IMG/VR virus record: IMGVR_UViG_3300025413_000008
Direction: 5' to 3' (one strand)
Length of the DNA stretch: 64,000 bases
Source: a virus
Lineage: Duplodnaviria > Heunggongvirae > Uroviricota > Caudoviricetes
Part shown: positions 57,159-64,000 of the stretch, piece by piece
How the letters are laid out: every line of letters starts with the position of its first letter
Numbering within the stretch: position 1 is the first letter of the stretch
Program-made: the position numbers and the translations under genes
The notes under the pieces: model-generated
Told to the model about the DNA's origin: nothing
What the model saw: only the letters and a program-made list of their open reading frames with translations
Databases searched by the model: none

Positions 57159-57539
57159 ATGAATATGGTATTATGGTTGCTGATCGCCTTGCAGGTCAAG
57201 CACTTTATTTTTGACTTCTATTGGCAACCACCAGTCATGTGGCAAAATAAAGGAACATTTGGACATTGGGGTGGAATCTCCCATTCATACTTCCATGCAT
57301 GTGCTACATTTATTATTGTTTCTTGTTTCTTGCCAATCAATAGTCAATTGGTTTATTTTATTCCTCTGTGTGAATTTGTCGTACATTATATGACAGATTG
57401 GGCGAAAATGAACATCAATCGCATTAAAGGTTGGGGTCCCACGACACATAATCAGTTCTGGCAGTTGACTGGATTTGATCAGCTTATACACCAACTGACA
57501 TACGTAGCAATTATTGTAGCAGTGTTTCAAAATAACTAA
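57159..57539 (+). CDS. Hypothetical membrane protein (126 aa)
   Basis: Multiple hydrophobic helices. Confidence 0.35.
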   Translation: MNMVLWLLIALQVKHFIFDFYWQPPVMWQNKGTFGHWGGISHSYFHACATFIIVSCFLPINSQLVYFIPLCEFVVHYMTDWAKMNINRIKGWGPTTHNQFWQLTGFDQLIHQLTYVAIIVAVFQNN

Positions 57540-57664
57540 ATACCTATAGCGGACCTGTAATCATATTCCGCTTCCGATGACACGAAAACAGGACGGGCTG
57601 TGCTCACGGGGTTTTGATAGTTTCCTGACACAAAAATAACTATCACCAAACTAAGGAATAATTT

Positions 57665-58063
57665 ATGCTTATCATGCCACTATTGGTATACAGATTTAGA
57701 GTAGTTTTAGATGAAAACATCGACCCAGAAGCAATATTTAGTAAAAACATTGAGAACATTGTTGCGGATTATAAGAATAAAACATTAGAACTTACGGTCA
57801 GACAACCATCTACTGATGAAAATATGTCACAGATAATTAATTATTTGTGCTCATCAGATTCATCTATTATTAGAGTTGAGGGACTGTCCGGGGGTACTGA
57901 ACCAGAATTCGCTAATGAATATATTTCTTGTTCTGTAGAAAAGCATAGATTTGCGCTCGCATACGGTATATCAGACGCGGCAAAACATGAACTTAAGATT
58001 AAATATGAAACATTTTATACCACAAAATGTACAAAAAAGGAGAAAGAAAATGGCATAGATTGA
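57665..58063 (+). CDS. Hypothetical protein (132 aa)
   Basis: ORF only. Confidence 0.3.
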   Translation: MLIMPLLVYRFRVVLDENIDPEAIFSKNIENIVADYKNKTLELTVRQPSTDENMSQIINYLCSSDSSIIRVEGLSGGTEPEFANEYISCSVEKHRFALAYGISDAAKHELKIKYETFYTTKCTKKEKENGID

Positions 58064-58094
58064 ATATTCTAGTATTATAGATAAATATATTATT

Positions 58095-58724
58095 ATGTTC
58101 AAACCTACCATTTTTTATATTAAACGTCATAGCCTAACCGGTTTAAAGTATTTCGGAAAAACTACCAATCTAATGGTAACAAATGGTCGTTACAGGGGTG
58201 GAGGGAAATATTGGAAAACCCATATCAAAAAACACGGTGTCAGATATGTTGAAACAATATGGAAATCGGAAGTTTTCACTGATAAAGATGAATGTGTGAT
58301 TTTCGGTTTGATATTTAGTAATCTGTTTACAATCGTAGAGTCATACGAGTGGGCGAACCTAGAACCCGAAAATGGCATAAACGGGTTTGTTCCAGGAAGC
58401 CCATCGGCGTTAAAAGGTCGCAAGTTGACCGAGGAACATAAAGAAAAAATTTCAAATTCTACTAAAGGCCGGTCTGCACCGAATAAAGGCTCCCCATCAC
58501 CACTGAAAGGTAGAGAGTCTCCATTAAAAGGACGAACTGGTAGAGCAATAAAAGGTAAACCTTCTCCAAAAAAAGGATTGCCTAATCCAGGAGCATCCGC
58601 AGCAAATAAAAATGTTCCTAAAAAGAAAGTCATTTGTCCGCATTGTAATAAAGAGGGCGGCGTAAATACAATGTATCGTTATCATTTTGATAACTGCAAA
58701 TTAATTGAAAAAGGAGTTAATTGA
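58095..58724 (+). mobile_element. GIY-YIG homing endonuclease (third intact copy)
   Basis: IFYIKRHSLTGLKYFGKTTN. Repeated SPLKGR NUMOD-like modules. C-terminal CPHCNKEGGVNTMYRYHFDNCK. Confidence 0.6.
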
Positions 58725-58761
58725 CATGTCATAGATTTTAGAATTAGCATGTAAAGATTTA

Positions 58762-59307
58762 GTGTTCCATTTTAATAAAGGGCACTTAACTGATCCTACC
58801 ATCCCTATGTGGGTAGTAAAAACACAGGGAAAATCCTTCTACGTAGAACACGTAGACTGTAGTAGACCGTGGTCTACCAAAGAAACCCCAGATAACCCAT
58901 CAACCAAAGGCAGTATCAAAGTCAAAGACTGTCTTCTCGTTATTGATGAGGAAAACTGTGCCAACATCACCAAACTTATGGAACATGATAAGATTCGTCT
59001 TCGTAATGAAGCGAAAGGTATTACGCGAATCGTGTATACGCGTAACGGTAAGAAAGATGTTGAAAACGCAATTAAACAGTCTAAGATCAAACACGGGACA
59101 TTCAAGACGATTGGTGGCAGATGTGGTACCACTTTCTATGTAACTGACATCATGAATAAATCGGAACTATCATTCCTGACACTATCAGCGGGTGATAAGT
59201 TTCGTGTCCTTATGCCAAATGAAAAACAATATCAAGATTATGATGATTTAAATCATGATCCGGATTGGTATTGGAAACAAATGAATGAGCACGATGAAGA
59301 AGATTAA
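58762..59307 (+). CDS. Hypothetical protein (181 aa)
   Basis: ORF only. Confidence 0.35.
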   Translation: MFHFNKGHLTDPTIPMWVVKTQGKSFYVEHVDCSRPWSTKETPDNPSTKGSIKVKDCLLVIDEENCANITKLMEHDKIRLRNEAKGITRIVYTRNGKKDVENAIKQSKIKHGTFKTIGGRCGTTFYVTDIMNKSELSFLTLSAGDKFRVLMPNEKQYQDYDDLNHDPDWYWKQMNEHDEED

Positions 59308-59491
59308 GTTTCACGTATCTTGGGATGCCTTTCGCGAAGTCAACACCGCGATCAGAAATTCAGGTGTAAAATACTATCCATATGTGAGAGCGGGCGGAGG
59401 ATATCATATTACTATTGAGCCAGCAGATCACCCAATTGTTTCATATTTAACTCTGGTTCATGATATTAAAGTTCTATCTTATTTTGAATAA
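59285..59491 (+). CDS. Hypothetical protein (68 aa)
   Basis: ORF only. Confidence 0.25.
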   Translation: MSTMKKIKFHVSWDAFREVNTAIRNSGVKYYPYVRAGGGYHITIEPADHPIVSYLTLVHDIKVLSYFE

Positions 59492-59514
59492 ATACTGTTG
59501 TAATCGGAGCCTTC

Positions 59515-60408
59515 ATGTCAGTCATTATTTTATCTAAACGTTTAGAAGAATACGAAAATCACCGTCTTCTTGAAAGTTTCGCGCATCACGATATAGATGC
59601 AAAGATCACTCATCCCGATAAATATGACATAGTAGTAAACCAAAGTGCCGAAACCGGTATCAAATATGAAGGTTCTGCAATTGAAAAACCAAAATTGTTT
59701 TTGACTCGTACTGGATCGGGAACAAATGGTTTTGCAAGAGCACTGATCCGCCAATTTGAACAAGAACAGATTCTCTGTGTAAACTCTGCCGATAGTATTG
59801 AAATTGCAAAAGATAAACTCAGAACATCTCAGATTTTATCAAGTAATCATATTCCTATTCCAACAACCATGCTCGTTCGCTTTCCGGTTGATATTGGTCT
59901 TGTAGACAACAAAATAGGATGGCCATGCATTGTTAAAGTTTTGAACGGTAGTTATGGTGAAGGTGTATATCTTTGTGAACGAAAAAAAGACTTTAAAAAG
60001 TTGATGGAATTTGTTGAAAGTTTGAGTAGTGCAAAGACATTGCTTGTGCAGGAATACGTAGGACACCGACCCGGAGAAGACCTTAGGGTATTTGTGGTTG
60101 GTGGTAAAGTAATTGGGGCAATGAAACGCGTTGCTCCAGTCGGTGACTTCCGCGCCAACATTTCAAATGGTGGACACGGAGAACGCTTTGAGGTCACCGA
60201 CGAAATTGATTATATTGCTCGTGAAACAGCAAGAGTTTGTGGATTGCAAATTGCGGGTGTTGACTTGTTATTTGCTGAAAATGGATATAAAGTTTGTGAA
60301 GCCAATTCAGCACCCGGATTTGAAGGATTTGAAAAGTATTGTGGCGTAAATATTGCAGATCACATTGCTGAGTTTGTAAGATTTAAATTGAATGGGATTA
60401 ATTCATAA
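59515..60408 (+). CDS. ATP-grasp ligase, RimK/glutathione-synthetase-like
   Basis: ATP-grasp core WPCIVKVLNGSYGEGVY...LLVQEYV...DLRVFVVGGKVIGAMKR...GVDLLF. Confidence 0.5.
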   Translation: MSVIILSKRLEEYENHRLLESFAHHDIDAKITHPDKYDIVVNQSAETGIKYEGSAIEKPKLFLTRTGSGTNGFARALIRQFEQEQILCVNSADSIEIAKDKLRTSQILSSNHIPIPTTMLVRFPVDIGLVDNKIGWPCIVKVLNGSYGEGVYLCERKKDFKKLMEFVESLSSAKTLLVQEYVGHRPGEDLRVFVVGGKVIGAMKRVAPVGDFRANISNGGHGERFEVTDEIDYIARETARVCGLQIAGVDLLFAENGYKVCEANSAPGFEGFEKYCGVNIADHIAEFVRFKLNGINS

Positions 60409-60643
60409 CATGCCAAAAATGTATACAAATAAGAGAATCGTAGAAACAGAAGACAATCTACTTCCGCTTCCAAAACAAACTGATTCTGAAAAAAGAATCA
60501 AGTATCTTGAGGAAAGAGTGAGAGTACTAAGTGAGCAGGTTCATCGCATGGCATCAGCACTTGAGCTAAACAACAAAACTATTCGCCGTCAAGGAAGCAA
60601 CATCAACACTTTGGGCAATGCTTTACGTAGTAAAAATGGGTAA
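60392..60643 (+). CDS. Small coiled-coil protein (83 aa)
   Basis: ORF only. Confidence 0.3.
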   Translation: MGLIHNMPKMYTNKRIVETEDNLLPLPKQTDSEKRIKYLEERVRVLSEQVHRMASALELNNKTIRRQGSNINTLGNALRSKNG

Positions 60644-60756
60644 GTCATATAAAGCATAAATATATCTGATAATACTAACGCGAATTAAAACAGTGGGCAC
60701 TTATTCCGTGTGCCGTTACAATAGTATTATCGTTCATCAAAAGGACGATAATAACT

Positions 60757-61497
60757 ATGAACAATATACCGTATACATATCTAATAGGATGGTCAACACA
60801 TAATCTCTGGTATTATGGAGTTAGATATGCAAAAGATTGTCACCCATCTGATCTTTGGGTTAAGTATAAAACCTCTAGTAAATATGTTGACAATACTGTA
60901 TCTCTATATGGAGAGCCTGATGTTGTGCAGATAAGACGGACATTCACATCTGAAAAAAAGGCTAGGATTTGGGAAGAAAAGGTCCTTCGTCGTATGAACG
61001 TGGTTACGATGGATCAATGGATAAATAAAACCTCAAATAGGGCATTTACTCCAATGTATGGAGACGCTAATCCCATGAGTAGACCGGAAATCATTGAAAA
61101 ACATAAACAGGTTGTTAACAGCGAACAATGGATAACACACAGACGCATTTCCGCAGCAGACCCGATTGTCAGAGCAAAAATATCCGGAGAAAACCATTAT
61201 TCCAAAAAGGATGGATATGAATGCAAGACAAAAGGAGATAACAGCCCCATGAAACGTCCAGAGGTTGCAAAAAAGGCAAAGGACAACCTTCCATCAAGGG
61301 TTGGGGAATTGAATGCACGATCAATATTAACAGAAAGTATGGTGCGTGATATAAGAAAAGAGTTAAAGGATGGACTTCCTGAAAATCCCAAATATGGACA
61401 AGCAGAACCGGTGTATGCAGCCATTGCCATGAAATATGGAGTCGGTGCCGGAACTATAAAATCCATTAGATTTAACCGAATCTGGAAACATATTTGA
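60757..61497 (+). mobile_element. GIY-YIG homing endonuclease (fourth intact copy) with NUMOD3 repeats
   Basis: YTYLIGWSTHNLWYYGVRY. GDANPMSRPEI and GDNSPMKRPEV modules. C-terminal HTH-like tail. Confidence 0.6.
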
Positions 61498-61559
61498 AGA
61501 AACCTCTTGACAACATAAAGTCTCCTTGTTACACGAATCATATAACAAGGAGACTGATA

Positions 61560-61754
61560 ATGAACAATCAGTACATTAAACGTAAAATCAAGGCTATCAT
61601 TGCAGCTAATGCCAAATACGTTAAGCGTGATTTTGGCATCGTTGTGAATGAACAGTCCGAGTTCAAACGCATCTATGCGGAATTTCAAGCAGGCATTATT
61701 CCTGTTGAAGAGATTGATGCCGGTTACGGAATTGTACAACAAGGAGACATGTAA
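61560..61754 (+). CDS. Hypothetical protein (64 aa)
   Basis: Internal Met with an AGGAG RBS. Confidence 0.3.
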   Translation: MNNQYIKRKIKAIIAANAKYVKRDFGIVVNEQSEFKRIYAEFQAGIIPVEEIDAGYGIVQQGDM

Positions 61755-61978
61755 TGGACAAGTATGTTGAGTTCCAAGATTATGTCAATTCGCTTGGTGG
61801 TGGATACCTCAAGGCATGGAAAGCAAACGGTATTCTTAATGGAATTCTCGGTAATCCTCTTGTTGCACAAGATAATTCTCGCATGTCTTCTTATCTTGAC
61901 AACTGCCTTCTGATGGAAGGCTTTCATGAGCATGATGTTGAAAAGATTCAGCGTTGGTTGATTGATAACGTTCTGTAA
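61754..61978 (+). CDS. Hypothetical protein, paralog 1 of a duplicated pair
   Basis: C-terminus EKIQRWLIDNVL. Paralogous to 62295..62525. Confidence 0.4.
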   Translation: MDKYVEFQDYVNSLGGGYLKAWKANGILNGILGNPLVAQDNSRMSSYLDNCLLMEGFHEHDVEKIQRWLIDNVL

Positions 61979-61992
61979 TAGGATATAGGAAT

Positions 61993-62283
61993 ATGACTGA
62001 CAATATGCTTGGAAAAATTGATATTGACACGCTGGAAGCAATCAAGGCTGAGTTGTTTGAAAAGGGCAACGATCCTCTTATGAATGATGCTTATCTGATG
62101 ATCAAAGAACTTGAAAATACTATTGTTACGATGACCCTCAATCACCAAGAATATTGCCGGTGGGCGGTCAAAGAAATCAAGCGGTATCAAGACCGCAGTA
62201 TTGAAGATAGTTGGACTCAAAACCCTGATCGTTCAGGTGGGCAGTTCACTGATGAAGAAATCAATCGTAGTAACAATTGGTAA
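61993..62283 (+). CDS. Hypothetical protein (96 aa)
   Basis: ORF between the two paralogs. Confidence 0.3.
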   Translation: MTDNMLGKIDIDTLEAIKAELFEKGNDPLMNDAYLMIKELENTIVTMTLNHQEYCRWAVKEIKRYQDRSIEDSWTQNPDRSGGQFTDEEINRSNNW

Positions 62284-62294
62284 GGAGACTAATC

Positions 62295-62525
62295 ATGGAC
62301 AAGTTTATCAAATTCCAAACTTATCTTAGTTCGTTTGAAGGCAAGCATCTTGTTCCTTGGAAGATGAATTACATTATTAAGACAATTGATGAAAATCCTG
62401 AAATTTTCCAAAATAATGCACACCTGCACAAGTATCTTAAAAATACTCTGCTTATGGATGGTTTCGGGTTTACCCAAGCTGACGCTGAAAAGATTCAATG
62501 TTGGTTGACTGATAACGTGCTGTAA
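62295..62525 (+). CDS. Hypothetical protein, paralog 2
   Basis: MDKFIKFQTYL...EKIQCWLTDNVL. The RBS context AGGAGACTnAT is also duplicated. Confidence 0.4.
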   Translation: MDKFIKFQTYLSSFEGKHLVPWKMNYIIKTIDENPEIFQNNAHLHKYLKNTLLMDGFGFTQADAEKIQCWLTDNVL

Positions 62526-62556
62526 AAACACAGCAATCAATAGAGGGAAATACAAA

Positions 62557-62874
62557 ATGAACGAAGACTATCGCAATGGCTGGGAGAACTCCCTCCAATT
62601 CCGCGCAGAATGGCGCAGGCTGCAACAGAGTAACGCCAATAATGGCATTCCGATCATGCTTTTGGGCGGTGTCTGGCTGACATGCATGACAGCAATGCTA
62701 TTCACTGTAGAACATATCTACCATTATCAACACTTGATCTGGAGCTACGGTTTCGGCATTGCGATTATGTTGGCCGGGTTTTTGATTGACAGGCGCGACC
62801 GCCGCGCATATAAGCAACGCTATGAGGCGTTCTGTCTCAAATGGGTAGACAAACTTCCTGACTGGAAAAAGTAA
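62557..62874 (+). CDS. Small membrane protein (2 TM)
   Basis: Hydrophobic helices IPIMLLGGVWLTCMTAMLF and YGFGIAIMLAGFLI. Confidence 0.35.
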   Translation: MNEDYRNGWENSLQFRAEWRRLQQSNANNGIPIMLLGGVWLTCMTAMLFTVEHIYHYQHLIWSYGFGIAIMLAGFLIDRRDRRAYKQRYEAFCLKWVDKLPDWKK

Positions 62875-62875
62875 A

Positions 62876-63100
62876 ATGCATACTGAAATTATCAACGGTC
62901 GCAAACTCGTATGTGGTTATATTTTTCCTATTGATGAAATTAAGGCTGGTCAGATTTGGGCACCTGCTGACGGTGGTGACCGTGAAGTTACCATCACTAA
63001 TGTTGATAATGATTATGTATATTATACTGATTCCAAATTTGGTGACTTTCGTAAGAATGCATTTGGGTTCCAGTGTCGTTATTGCAAAGTAGTTGATTAA
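62876..63100 (+). CDS. Hypothetical protein (74 aa)
   Basis: ORF only. Confidence 0.3.
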   Translation: MHTEIINGRKLVCGYIFPIDEIKAGQIWAPADGGDREVTITNVDNDYVYYTDSKFGDFRKNAFGFQCRYCKVVD

Positions 63101-63103
63101 TAT

Positions 63104-63140
63104 GGGGTGAAGGAAATTATTGACTTCACCCTGTTATTCG
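63104..63140 (+). terminator. Rho-independent terminator
   Basis: ggggtgaag-gaaattattgac-cttcaccc hairpin followed by tgttattcg. Confidence 0.5.
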
Positions 63141-63144
63141 TGTA

Positions 63145-63152
63145 TAAATAGA
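63145..63152 (+). promoter_or_regulatory. T4-type late promoter box TATAAATA upstream of the NadM-Nudix gene
   Basis: Exact TATAAATA about 55 nt upstream of the ATG at 63207, with an AAGGAG RBS in between. Confidence 0.35.
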
Positions 63153-63206
63153 CTTGTAGAGGGATAGACCTTCTATATAAAAACGCTAACAAGGAGTTTG
63201 TAGCAA

Positions 63207-64000
63207 TGGAAAAAGAATTTGACCTATTGGTCTTTGTGGGACGTTTTCAGCCCTTTCATAAAGAACATAAGCGTGTCATTGACATCGCACTAGAAAAATC
63301 CCGACATGTATTGATTCTCGTAGGTTCGGCAGGTAAGGCTCGCACGATCCGCAATCCGTTCACCTTTGATGAACGCAGGGATATGATCATTGAATCTTAT
63401 GCAGACGACTGGGATGCAATTGATCCTGAGGGCAAGACCGAGCGTCAACTGATTATTCGTCCCCTTTATGACAAGACCTACAATGATGCTGCTTGGGTCA
63501 AGCAGGTTCAGGAACTTGTCAAGGACACTACTTTGCAGGTAATGAATCCCGGTGGATTCATGGCATCTGGCTACAACGATGCTAAGGTAGGACTGATCGG
63601 CGCCAGTAAGGATGGCTCAAGCTACTATCTCAAGCTGTTTCCGCAGTGGAAGTCGGTGAATGTCGAGATTGAAGCTGACGTTCATGCTACCGAAATTCGC
63701 GAGACATATCTGGATCTTCCTCAGCCGCTTTGGGTTATGAATAATGTTGCAAAAAATATTCCTAATAGCGTGATGAAATTTTTAATTGACTTCGCTGAAA
63801 AGGAAGAATACAACCAGCTTCGACAGGAACTGCATTTTGTTCGAGCATATAAGAAGCAGTGGGAAGTTGCGCCTTATCCAGTAAAACATGCCACCGTTGA
63901 TACCGTGGTTGAACAGAGTGGTCACATTCTTCTCGTGAAGCGTAAGGCAGAACCGGGCAAAGGACTGTGGGCGCTGCCTGGCGGTCATCTGAACGAATAC
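63207..64000 (+). CDS. Bifunctional NMN adenylyltransferase / Nudix ADP-ribose pyrophosphatase (NadM-Nudix, NatV-like). Partial; the gene runs off the window end.
   Basis: LLVFVGRFQPFHKEH is the nucleotidyltransferase (H/T)xGH-type motif. C-terminal GKGLWALPGGHLNE is the Nudix box. About 47% GC. Confidence 0.65.

Noticed and set aside
57540-57660. Possible terminator after 57159..57539
   Set aside because: A G-rich tract plus gggtttt is present but I could not find a convincing self-complementary stem.

Overview
This window looks like a T4-like (Tevenvirinae-type) myovirus genome, about 38-40% GC with several ~47-50% GC islands. It reads as a structural core followed by a gene-dense accessory arm. 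From 1-10.2 kb a minus-strand baseplate module encodes gp6-like (partial), gp25-like, a giant gp5-like OB-fold/VgrG-like spike protein, gp53-like, and two large baseplate proteins, one carrying a 90-bp tandem repeat. From 10.3-15.2 kb the plus strand encodes the gp55 late sigma factor, then gp47 (Mre11/SbcD-like) and gp46 (Rad50/SbcC-like) with a GIY-YIG homing-endonuclease relic between them, then an Hjc-like nuclease. A ~900-bp ORF-free, hairpin-rich stretch (15.2-16.1 kb) follows. Next come a 1533-aa tape-measure/hub-like protein with two peptidoglycan-hydrolase domains, and the head module (portal gp20, acidic prohead-core protein, gp21 protease, gp22 scaffold, gp23 major capsid protein). 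After gp23 there is an intact GIY-YIG (Seg-like) endonuclease, a GNAT-like gene, two tandem mini protein-kinase-like paralogs, four long tail-fiber-like genes ending in a Gly-rich Cys-containing adhesin-like protein, and cupin/2OG-oxygenase-like genes. Further downstream are class Ia RNR nrdA and nrdB split by another GIY-YIG endonuclease, a canonical Sir2 sirtuin, a glutaredoxin, and a PAAR spike-tip gene followed by a 956-aa protein. The accessory arm (51-64 kb) holds small and host-like genes: an ART-like minus-strand gene, a secreted NUC endonuclease, a MORN-like repeat protein, an SPFH/prohibitin lipoprotein, a tRNA-like element, a Prx5 peroxiredoxin, two more GIY-YIG endonucleases, a RimK-like ATP-grasp, a paralog pair, and a partial NadM-Nudix (NMNAT/ADP-ribose pyrophosphatase) gene. 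No rRNA or CRISPR arrays were found. I could not run any searches, so every homology call rests on motifs read directly from the translations.
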